Of a stretch of 64,000 nt of DNA, positions 1 through 10,491 are shown in pieces. How positions within the stretch are numbered: the stretch's first letter is position 1; each line of letters opens with the position of its first letter. Under the pieces are notes generated by a model. That model did not search any database, was not told the origin of the DNA, and saw only the letters and a list, made by a program, of their open reading frames with translations. A program made the translations under genes and the position numbers. The stretch comes from Octopus sinensis (lineage: Eukaryota), in contig NC_042997.1 in assembly GCF_006345805.1 (NCBI RefSeq), forward strand, positions 145,576,001 through 145,640,000, given 5' to 3'.

Positions 1-740
1 TATATATATGTGTGTATGTGTCTATGTGTATATGTGTGTGTATGTGTGTGTGTGTGTATGTGTGTGTGTGTGTGTGTCTGTGTGTGTGTGTGTGTATTCA
101 TAAGCGCAAACAAATGAGCTTCCTGTCAAAACGACACGTAGGTTAGGTGTCTGATATTCCAGCATCAAAGGAACTAGCTATATTAGCGAGCAGGAGCACA
201 TCAAAGAGACTGCCTTAATAATTAACAGATCTGCAGCAGACATCAACCACAAAGTCATGTTTATATAACATTAATACTTTTTGTAGCTACATATCTCTAC
301 TTTCTGACTCAGACAAGCTAAACCTCTAGACTACTGAAGGACAGTCATGGTCACATATCTAAGAATAGATGTATCTTGTACAAAGACATAAAGTTTGCTA
401 AGTACTCGCATAAATAGCATATCGTTCAAATCATAGACTCCCTTTCTTCTCATTCTTTGTCTCTGTCTCTCTGTCTCTGTCTCTCTGTCTCTGTCTCTCT
501 TCTTTTCTCAGATTTTCTTTCTCTCTCTATTAGTCTTTCTCTCTCTCTCTCTCGCTCTCCACTCAGACATACAAACATGCAATATATATATATATATATA
601 CATACACCTTCATATTGACATTTATATAGACATTATTTATATGTGGTTGTGTGTGTGTGTGTGTGTGTGCGTGTGTGTGTGTATTCACACACAAATATGC
701 ATATAAACACACATATAAAGCTATAGTGTCAGGAATATAT

Positions 741-755
741 ACATACATTCTCTGA

Positions 756-798
<43 letters not shown>

Positions 799-840
799 TG
801 CATTCATATATTTTAACACATACACATGCACCGTATATGG

Positions 841-907
<67 letters not shown>

Positions 908-960
908 ATTATATGTATGTATTCATATATTTTAACACATACACATGCACCCGTATATGG

Positions 961-1040
<80 letters not shown>

Positions 1041-1057
1041 ATATATATTATATATAT

Positions 1058-1156
<99 letters not shown>

Positions 1157-1190
1157 CAGAGAGAGAAGAGAAAGAGAGAGAGAGATACAT
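741..1190. repeat. Compound (TA)n/(AG)n microsatellite with an internal ~120-bp tandem duplication
   Basis: Long TA and GA runs; the spacer tatatgtatg...cattcatatattttaacacatacacatgcaccgtatatggagg occurs at ~791 and ~910. This is representative of dozens of TA, CA, TACA, TATC, TTC, AAT and AGT arrays across the window. Confidence 0.95.
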
Positions 1191-1479
1191 AATCACATGC
1201 ATATGCATGCACACACATTCACACGTATACACACATGGGTTGGAGAATCGAACCGAAATTATTTATGCAATCTCATTACGCCTTGTCGCTGTTACGACCT
1301 CGCTTTTCTCTTGATTATGAGGAAGTCTGATTATAAGCTAGATAAAACTGCCTTCAGAATTCACTAAGATTATTCTTACTTATAGTTTTTTTGCGAATCC
1401 GATGAAGAACATTTTCTTCGTCATTTGGTAGCCCTTGATGATTGTACATCCCAACGTTTGATGTTCAGTGGTTCATGTA

Positions 1480-2130
1480 TAGGTGGACAGTCCAAATGTA
1501 ACCCTACCTCAAATTCTCTTTCCTCGCTTGTTTTTAGTACATCTGACTGCGTTATACCCCTTCAATTCTTTTGGACGGTGTGAACGCCAAATCAAACGAC
1601 GTGCAGCGATTTCTTCCACGTTTAAAGGAGCGGTTGTTCCTCTCCAATGTGGCTGTCTTCAGCTGGGATTTGAATCGCTTCTTTTGTGCTCTAACCAGGA
1701 ATTAATCATGGTAGCTGGTCATAGAGGAAACGTGATTCAAACATATGACCTGAATGCTCGAGTCCTCTCGCCATTGTTGCCTGTATAAGTACGACTGATA
1801 TTAGTTCCATAGATGATATCTGTGTACATAGTCCTTTGTTGCCAAGCGAGAGAAAAGCTCTTTTTAAGATATCAGATGTTAAAGGCCTCTAGGTGTTTTT
1901 TTTTTTTTTGTGGTAATATCTTGCATTGAAACTAGAGATCCGACTTGGCAGATCAATTATGAAAATTTGACCAAAATTTTCTAAAAATCAGTGGAAGTAG
2001 TTACCCACTTGCAGTAATATTAATAATACAGAAGCTGCAATGAGGCATCCCTGGCGAATTTTCGTCTTTGCCATTCCTGAAGATATTCCAGCATTCGTCA
2101 TATTTCTATCCGCTTTGAAAATGGCCAACA
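1480..2130 (-). pseudogene. Highly decayed RTE-type LINE reverse-transcriptase/C-terminal fragment
   Basis: Minus-strand translations give TKIRQGCLIAASVLL (resembles RT motif GVRQGCxLSPxLF), LEAFNIxYLKKSFSLAWQQR (resembles LxAFHxRCLRxILxISWQ) and RRLIWRSHR (resembles RRLRWxGHV). Many stops and frameshifts. Confidence 0.45.
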
Positions 2131-2136
2131 AATTTA

Positions 2137-4104
2137 GGTGGTCGGCAATAGTCACAGGTAAAAAGGTCACAGTAATAAAGTCACAATTTTGGCCAGGAAA
2201 AAAAGTCATAATTTATAGTGGCTGGTAATAAAGTCACAGGAAAAAAGTCACTATTAATTTATGGGATCCGGACAACCCCCACTCGGACACCCCCCCACCC
2301 CCTGACAAAACCCTTGTGACTTTATTACCGTGACAGTTTCTCCTGTGACTTTTTTTTTTTTTTACCTAGATTTCAAATTTATTTTACACAGCAAACACAA
2401 AGTCCAGAGGAGTCAACTTTTATTTTCAAACTGAGCTAGTGTGATCCCTTTGCAAATGCATTCCTTATCCGACAAGTTCCGTCCTATATTCTATGGAACA
2501 ACAAACAACGAAGACACGAAGAAAAGTACCTCATTTGACGGTCAACCTGGTTTAATTTTTGATAACGCCTTTGAGAGAATGTATAACTTGCATTCCAGTT
2601 AGCATTGAATATATCTTTCTATCAATCTTTCTCCGTAGGGTGCAAGGTTCAAGCTCATTTCATGTGCTTCGAATATAAATCATGTCTGCGCTATCTACAG
2701 GAACTCAAGCTATTATAATGGAAAATTATGCCCAGAGGGTTACAACATGGAAGCTTCGATATTTTAAGGGTTCTGTTCACCATACAGTTAAAATGTTGAG
2801 GATCATCAAGTCTGCTTCAGTTCTGGCTCAGGCACTGTGAACACCTTATCGAAGATTTCAAGCATGAAAATCAGCAGATATGTTCCGACATGGAAATGGG
2901 GTACTGAAATGTAATCAACACTGCAACCCTCATCGATAAATTCAAGAATTTAAAAAGTACGGCTTCCGTCAATCCAACAACACTGAAGTCAATGATCCAA
3001 CTACAAACATTTTCAAAGAAGCATCACAATACGAGGAATATAGGACAAAAGCCCCCGGGTCAAAGGCCTCATAGTTAAAGTGTGGAAGTGGCCAAAAGCC
3101 CTACGGTTATATTTATCGGTTATTTGTTGTTGTTTTCACCCTTTACTTGTGTCATTCATCAAACTGTAGTCATGCTGGGGCACTGCTTTGAAGAATTTTT
3201 AGTTGAACGTATCGACGCCAGATTTTAATTTTTTATTTTTACTTGTTGCAGTTATTAGACTGCGGCCATGCTGGGACACCGCCATGAAGAATTTTTAGTC
3301 GTAAAAAAATCACGATTTTAGAATTTAAAATCATGTTTTCTTCTCTCAGCACTTCGAGATTACTGAGAATGAGTTGACCTTTTGAACTTTCTCCGGCCGT
3401 TGAAGGTCTAACAGAATTATGACACCGAAGGTTAGTCATTCAAACCTACTTCTTACACATTTCTTGAAGTAAATGCGTTCCTTTTGTTCGAATTCAGACA
3501 ACATGTACATTGAGCAGTAACGAGTCTTGTGTTCTGTTATTCTATTCTACTTATTTATTTTCGATTGAATATATTTTGTTTACATAAAATTTGGAATTTT
3601 TGAAAATAAAAGTTCTTTTTTTTAAACCTCGATTTCCGTTTTTGTTAACGATAAAATTATGAAACAAAAAAATCTAAGATTTGGCTGTTATTTCTAGCAT
3701 GTGGAGAGACCTTCTGGGATTAACTTCATGTGCTGGTTGAAAATGACCTAAATATGATTCTGGGGGCGAAACATTCGACTAAAAATTCCTCAAGGCAGTG
3801 CCCCAGCATGGCCGCAGTCCAATGACTGAAACAAGTAAAGAGATTTTAGAAAATAAAAAAAAGTTCGAAGAATAACCAAAAAAATTCTGGGGGTCGATAC
3901 ATTCGACTAAAAATTCCTCAGGGTGGTGCCCCAGCATGGCCACAGTCTAATGACTACAACGAGCAAAAAGAAAAGAAAATTAAAATATAACCGAAAAATA
4001 TAACCGTGGGGCTTTTGTCCACTTTCACTTTAACTATGGGTCTTTTGTCCGAGAGGCTTTTGTCTGTGCGTCCTCTGTCCTAGGACGCTTTTGTCCGGAT
4101 CCCC
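2137..4104. mobile_element. Nested MULE/foldback-like DNA transposon remnants with subterminal repeats
   Basis: aaagtcacag/ctgtgacttt inverted subrepeats at 2144-2368; gggatccggaca (~2251) vs tgtccggatccc (~4093-4104); a ggacaaaagcc-repeat block at ~3043-3110 is inverted relative to ~4000-4095. The intervening 2380-3030 has only weak transposase-like remnants. Confidence 0.55.
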
Positions 4105-4129
4105 AATACGAGACATCATATATGATTAA

Positions 4130-5500
4130 CATAATAATAACATATTGGACAGAGGGAAGACTATTCAGCTATTTTTGACAGGTTCGATTAGAATAAATTG
4201 GAATTTGCTTCCTTGATGTTTATGATGGAAGTGGAAGCAATTTCCTAATCAGTCAATTACTTACCAAAGCCCATCAACACAACGCCATAGTTATTGCAGT
4301 TATTTCTTCAGATATCACAGCCATGCTTCTTCCTGTGGACCATATGATATAGTTTGTTTTCAAGTTTTGCTTCTTTTTTAGATTAGGTACAAATGACACA
4401 CCTGTTTGCAACATCACTCAGAATTTTGAAACCGCATAAGTTCATATCGTAAGATACGATAAATGATTGATTGGGATTAATTCCCAATGATACATCTGAG
4501 ATCCCTATTAGGTCCTTGTCAGTATATTACAGAGTTTGCGTCAAGATATATGTCAAATAGAAGGATTACTAGAGGTGATCACAGGCGATTTTTGTCAGAC
4601 CCTTCTAGTGGTCGCAGATAGAAGTAAAACGAATGAAGTATGTGCTTGCTTTAAACTGTAGTCGCTAGCGTAGCTGGTGGGATCGGTAGGGGTGGCCCAC
4701 CCCGGACGGGACTTTTTAAGGGGCCCTACTTTTGGGTCTGCTGTAGGCAATATGTATTTTTTTTGCGGGGGGGGGGGTCCGGGGGCGGATAACGGAAGGG
4801 CCACCCCAGGAGGCACACACTCTAGCTAAGCTAGTGATCAAAGTCATCTTCTCACTGTCTATAAACTTAACTGATCGAGATAAGTTGTCCAATCATTGGT
4901 TAAATTATTATAAGCCGGAAAGAGAATTTCTTCCGACAGTAATGGCATCGTGGATCTAGTCCTTATGAATACATTGATTAAAACAACAGACGAATTGATG
5001 TTGAAAATGTTCCTCAACTAGCAACATCTTTAACAAACACACAAATGACCGTACGAAGAAATGCTTAGAAGAACAGCTTTAACTGGTAGGTGTTGGGAGT
5101 CACTTCCATGAAATAGTCATAGTTACAAATCAATAAACTTTGTTTCGGATCAGGAAGAAATTATTCATTATTCTGTAGGATTTTAAAATTCATTGTAACC
5201 TTGAGGTTAAATTTTGAAATTCATTGTAATCTTGAAGTTAAATTCATTGTAGCCTCGAGGTTGAAATTTTATTTAAGAAAGATCCTCTGATAATGCTGCT
5301 GTAGTTATGCAATGGCACACGTCTGAGATTCTTATTGGGTACACAAAAAATTGATAATGTAATTACATTCAGAATTCCACTCATGCCAACACATGAATCT
5401 TTCCGATTTAAAAGACTTCAGTTTCTAGAGCGTCTAATTTTTACCATGTCAATCAACAGATTGGAAGGATAAACATTGACAGTTTCTAAATACACCTTGA
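4130..5500 (+). pseudogene. Helitron PIF1-like helicase remnant, interrupted by a MITE
   Basis: Decayed motifs: FLDVYDGSGSNFLISQLL...IAVISSDITAMLLP (Walker A region LDAPGGTGKTFL...AVASSGIAATLL), GDFCQTLLVV...NEVCACFK (GDFRQTLPV...DEINACLK), CNGTRL, and RIPLMPTHESFRFKRLQFLERLIFTMSINR (RIPLIPSDxPFxFKRLQFPVRLAFAMSINK). Confidence 0.85.
4663..4836. mobile_element. hAT-like MITE (same family as 56578-56733, opposite orientation)
   Basis: Termini cgctagcgtagct ... agctaagctagtg; the body aligns with the reverse complement of 56578-56733. Confidence 0.75.
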
Positions 5501-6834
5501 AGAATAAATATGAGAATAAATATGCTAACGGCCATATTTAATATTGGATGATCAAGAGTTGCAAGCCTCCATTAACTCTGTTTTTGTAACTTTTCGCATA
5601 AACCATTAACATTGTATATTCCGATATGCTCACATAGCAATGTCCAGAGTTGCCAAGAGTCTGGTGGGTACGGATTCATCATAAATCTTAATTATTTCTA
5701 TACCTCTGCATATATTGCAGTTCTGGTTTTTTGGATATGTGGGTTTTCTGTGGACATACCGGTTTCTATCTATACTCTATGGAAATGCTCTTCGTTCCAT
5801 GGGTCATTTACTTCCAGACATTACGGCTTCAGCTCATTTATCTGCATTAAAGATTCCAAGTATAAAAGACAATATATTATGTTCAATAATAGCTTCAAAT
5901 GAAACACAAATCTCTTCGTATTTACTTAATTCTGCGTTCTTATTTAATCAACTTGAATTAAACATGTCATTGATATAATTAAATTACGAAATTTACTAAT
6001 TAGTGCGTATCTGTTGAACAGTGACTGAACAACAGGCTGCTATAAATGTATTGGAAAACAGTTTCATTTCTTACATGAAAGAATTTCTCAAGAGAAATCC
6101 AATAGTGTACCATTAAACAAGAATATCCCTTCATTAATGACAAGACTGGGCCATTTATAGCTAATTTTCTGCTTAAGTAACGATGCGTATTCTTCTAGCT
6201 TATTTATAAATGTTAAATAATGCTCACTTGTTGCTCCTAGTAAATAGAATGCAATAATTTTCTTGCATTATATTTACCCAAGTAAGACAGTTAACTGCAT
6301 CCAGTAGGGGATTGTTGGTAGGGGAGTTCCAGACTTTTGAGGAATGTGGAACCAACTCTTAGCCACTATTGGTCCCTGGTCAACTCTTGCCCAGAATAGT
6401 AGCGCCTGTTAGGATCTCAGCTATGGGTTAACTAGCAAGCGTACCACCCGCTTCAAACCCGGGCTACGTCTGCTGCAATAACTGGCGGTGAGTTGGTCAG
6501 CGAATCCTCTATGACGGTCCACAATCGATAGCAAAATGAGCCTCTACGGATCACACTGTTCCGAAGTATGTATGCATTGGACCGAGGATCACATATAACC
6601 GGGGATCCCATGTGCTGGGGATCACATGTAATCGGAGACAAGGGATCACATGTGAACCTGTATTTTCACTGAAACTCCGAACAACGAATAGTAACAATGG
6701 CAGCGCCGTCCACGCTGTCCAACACTTGTACAAAGTGTTACGCAATGGGACTGAAACCAGGACCATGTGGTTGGGGAGCAAGTTTCTTACCACACAGCCA
6801 CGCCTGCGTCTCTTTCACTCTCTACCTGCTGTGA

Positions 6835-7720
6835 GTCAATGGGCAGACAAAAACAAAATACAACTAAACGAGGGAGAATTTGAGCTGGTGTATTTTGGAA
6901 AAAAGACTATGCTAAAATAGCCATACTCTCTTCCTTCAGGAGAACTTCTCACAGCATCTAATAATATCAGAGACCTAGGAGTAAGTTTTGATAACAATCT
7001 CAGTTGGAGTGTCCACATCAACAATATGATCGATATAGCTCGTAGAATGAGCTCCTGGATCCTAAGAACCTTCCGGTCCAGAGAACAAGGTGTCATCCTT
7101 CCATTTTTCTCCTCCTTTGTACGGCCACATCTCGAACTCTGCTGCCCCTTGTGGTCTCCCCATACAACATCTCGAAAATTGAATTACCCCAAAGGTCATT
7201 AACTAAAAGAATTAAGGGCATGACTGATCTCGATTACTGGGGCCGTTTTAAAGCATTAAAACTTTATTCTTTCCAGCAACGCTGTGAGCAATATATCATT
7301 TGCACAATGTGGAGAATGTACCACCAGCATTGCCCAAATGACTTCAACATTAGCTACAAAATTCATCCAAGGCTAGGAACACGGGCCATACGTCCGCTAC
7401 CCAATCCAGGATTACAACACATAAATACACTGCAACGCAATTTCTTTTCCTTGCCAGGTCATACCCTATTTAACATTGTCTCGACAGAGGTCAGAGAAGG
7501 AAAGGATCTCATTACCATTAAACGGAATCTGGACAAATTTCTTCAAGTAATACCAGATAAGCCACCTATACATGGATACAACTCACTCAACAAGAACTCC
7601 CTACTTGAATGGACTATGATACCAAAAAAATTTGAATTTAAAAGGATTTAGATAATCCTATCAGGTGGTGCTATTAATTTAGACATGGCCTGGACCAATC
7701 TTTGGTCGAAACAAATCGAA
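6835..7720 (+). pseudogene. 5'-truncated CR1/L2-type LINE, ORF2 C-terminal part plus 3' UTR, ending in a (TACA)n tail
   Basis: SQWADKNKIQLN, RDLGVSFDNNLSWSVHI, WILRTFRSR, SFVRPHLELCCPLWSPY, KIELPQRSLTKRI, YWGRFKALKLYSFQQR, NLDKFLQVIPDKP; typical CR1/L2 ORF2 tail motifs. Confidence 0.9.
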
Positions 7721-7774
7721 GTTTACATATATACATTTATACATACATACATACATACATACATACATACATAC

Positions 7775-8274
7775 ATGTCGTTCACAAAAAATTCTGCGTT
7801 TGCAATACTTTTTTCGTTCGGCGTCAACAGCCCTTCTTATCTTGTTTTTCCCTGTCCTGTCTTTTACTGTTTATATTTTTGTACTGTCGTTACTGTCCTG
7901 TTTTTTTTTACCATTTTTTAACCATTTTTTACCCCTCTGCGAAAAGATCTCAGAATTTTAATTGATTTGCTTTTCGCAGGAAGGAAAGTTTCTTGTCGAA
8001 GATACGTCTCGCTTTTATCCTTCGAAACGTAGAGTAGATGAAACCATAGCGACTGAAGAAGGGGTTTTTTTCTTTGTGTTAATTGTCCTGTACTCCATTT
8101 TTTGTTGTTTTTTTAAAAAAATGTCCAGTTCCTTTGGTTTGGGTCTATGTTTTCGTTTCTCTTTGTGTTCGACGTCCCTTTGGTGTCCTGTACTCATATA
8201 TGCGTGTATATGTACATGTAGAGGTAGGTACGTACATATATGTTTATATATATGCATATGTTTTATTTCATTTA

Positions 8275-8280
<6 letters not shown>
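7775..8280 (+). mobile_element. Penelope-like element pseudo-LTR-type repeat, family 1, copy 1
   Basis: Aligns along its length with ~16690-17110; T-rich, carries a hairpin plus a hammerhead-like core, and ends in (TA)n. PLE assignment is inferred from the hammerhead content and from copy 2 lying next to a GIY-YIG domain. Confidence 0.7.
8003..8064 (+). ncRNA. Candidate non-circularly permuted hammerhead ribozyme (predicted cleavage after GUC, C8008)
   Basis: UACGUC (8003-8008) pairs with GAAACGUA (8024-8031) as stem III; UCGCU (8009-8013) pairs with AGCGA (8048-8052) as stem I, directly before CUGAAGA (8053-8059); CCUUC (8019-8023) vs AGGGG (8060-8064) gives stem II. Confidence 0.7.
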
Positions 8281-8369
<89 letters not shown>

Positions 8370-8389
8370 GTAATATATAAGATGGCGGT

Positions 8390-8795
8390 GGAAATAATAC
8401 AGAAGTAAGTCTAAGAAATTTTAATTCAAGAGGGAATTTAATAAAAATTATTTAAAAAATTATATAAAGAAAATATTACCGGTTTCAATGAATCTCATAT
8501 TATCAAATATCAGTAAATATTTATAAAATTTTGAAGTAAAAACAAGTTATCTTCTGTCTGGGGGTCAAGAAGATGCCAATTTATCTTCTGTCTAGGGGTC
8601 AAGAAGATTTTCTTGACCCCCAGACAGAAGATAAACTGTTTTTACTTCAAATTTTTATGAATTTTTACTGATATTTGATCAGATGAGATACATCGAAACC
8701 GCTAATATTTTCTTTTATATAATTCTTTAAAATCATTTTTACTAAATTCTCTCTTAAATTGAAATGTCTTAGACTTACTGCCGAGCTATTTCCAC
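8390..8795. repeat. Imperfect long palindrome (foldback) of the AT-rich region downstream of the PLE repeat
   Basis: 8404-8567 agtaagtctaaga...tcttctgtctgggggtcaagaa is the reverse complement of ~8611-8779 at roughly 80-85% identity (by eye); a duplicated ttatcttctgtct(g/a)ggggtcaagaag sits at the centre. Confidence 0.85.
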
Positions 8796-8799
8796 CTTC

Positions 8800-9209
8800 G
8801 GATCTTTTCGGTTTGAACGGCAGTTTTTTTCTAGCGGTGTCATATGAAATTGTCACCCATAATTATGACCCTAGTATCGATCTATTGCATTTCAAAGGGT
8901 TAGTTAGGGTTAGGGATAGGGTTAGGGGTGGGGGGAAGGGTATCATTTTTTTCTTCACAAATGTAAATAAACGAGAGACATATACATACGGCACAGAATG
9001 TTTTCACCTCAAAAGACGTCATTGATTGGTTGAAATTGCAGAAATTGAAGAAAAAAAACCCAACAAATATCTTACAAACTATAGAATTTTCTCAATAAAG
9101 CCAAGAGAAAAAGATGTTTATAAACACATTCTACCAGTATACGAAGTTTAAAAGTGTTTAGTTGCGTGGAAATTATTTAAAAAACTGCCGGTCAAACCGA
9201 AAAGATACC
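8800..9209. mobile_element. Non-autonomous DNA transposon (MITE) with ~30-bp TIRs
   Basis: ggatcttttcggtttgaacggcagtttttt (8800-) vs aaaaaactgccggtcaaaccgaaaagatacc (-9209); internal ggttagggttagggatagggttaggg tract. Confidence 0.8.
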
Positions 9210-9300
9210 CAGTTTCACCTTTTGTATATAAAAATTTGATTTGTATAGATCTCTAATCTTTTTTCAACAATATTTATATATATGACCTCTGTCTCTGTAT

Positions 9301-10245
9301 ATGATCCGGTTCTTGACTGATGATTGAGGGCTTCGAATGTCCCGTCCGTGTTTTTTGTGTCGTCTTCCAAATGTTTTACGTTCTTGTCCCGTTTGTATAT
9401 TTTTTTACTTTTACATATATACATGGCGGCTACGTACCCCTTTTTGGCCCTATACGTAAGTATATACTCTTTAACATTGGTACGACTCTACTACACTCTC
9501 TCTTCTCCCCCCTCTCCTACATTTCTCTGCCTTCACCCTTTGCACTTCCCTTGATCTGTCTCTTTCCCTCTCTTTCTTCTCCTCCCTTGTTCCCCTTCTT
9601 TCTTTCTCTCTTCATCTGTCCCCCCTCTCCTACATTTCTCTGCCTCTCACACCTTACACTCCACTTGATCTGTCTCTTTCCCTCTCTTTCTTCTCCTCCC
9701 TTGTTCCTTGTTTCCCTTCTTTCTCTCTTCATCTGTCCCTTTCTCCTCTCTTTGTCCTCACCTCACGTGACTGCCTTTTCGCATCCAGCAGTCCTTGTGG
9801 CAAGACATATTTGTTTGTTTCTCTGTGGCCTTAAGGTACTCTTCCATAGCCAACTCAAAACTTAACTCGTCCTGTCGAAAAGACGCTTGTCCTGACGTCC
9901 TGGTTTTGTTGTTATCCTTACCATTATTGTTTTTACGTATTTTGTATTCTTATTCGTGCTATCATTATTGTTTTTACGTATTTTTGTATTTTTATTCGTG
10001 TAACATCGTCCGTTTTCCGTCCTTGTGTTGTATACATTCGAGGCTTTCTTCCAAGGAATCTAATGCGCTTGGCTTAGATTTCCCTTGGGGGCTGCCCAGA
10101 TCGGAGCAATCTCATGATTAATCAGCCGAAATTGCGAAGATGATCCGGTTCTTGACTGATGATTGAGGGCTTCGAATGTCCCGTCCGTGTTTTTGTGTCG
10201 TCTTCTAAATATTTCACGTTCTTGTCCCGTTTGTATATTTTTTTA

Positions 10246-10247
<2 letters not shown>
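9301..10247 (+). mobile_element. Non-autonomous mini Penelope-like element, family 2, with ~108-bp terminal direct repeats
   Basis: 9301-9410 and 10140-10247 are near-identical direct repeats; internal 113-bp CT-rich tandem duplication; hammerhead-like core at 10106-10170; ends in (TA)n. Confidence 0.6.
10106..10170 (+). ncRNA. Candidate non-circularly permuted hammerhead ribozyme, family 2 (predicted cleavage after AUC, C10111)
   Basis: GCAAUC (10106-10111) pairs with GAAAUUGC (10128-10135); UCAUGA (10112-10117) pairs with UCUUGA (10150-10155, one mismatch) before CUGAUGA (10156-10162). Stem II is ambiguous. Confidence 0.5.
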
Positions 10248-10299
<52 letters not shown>

Positions 10300-10403
10300 T
10301 GATTGATTCTAGTTTCAGCTCACGACTGTGGCCATGCTGGGACACCGCCATTATATATATATATATACACACATATATATATACACAGAGACAGAGACAA
10401 AGG

Positions 10404-10491
<88 letters not shown>

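Noticed and set aside
5540-6330. Possible decayed coding sequence on the minus strand
   Set aside because: No recognisable motif beyond short chance matches (for example VHRKPT); many stops.
8395-8795. Apparent conservative amino-acid similarity between the palindrome arms ([16 protein letters not shown] vs VSLRHFNLRENLVKMI)
   Set aside because: Expected from about 80% DNA identity in AT-rich sequence; frames are broken and the segment begins with a splice donor, so an intron is at least as likely.
8897-8927. TTAGGG-like tract
   Set aside because: Only about four imperfect units, inside a TIR-bounded MITE; not a telomere or a convincing interstitial telomeric array.
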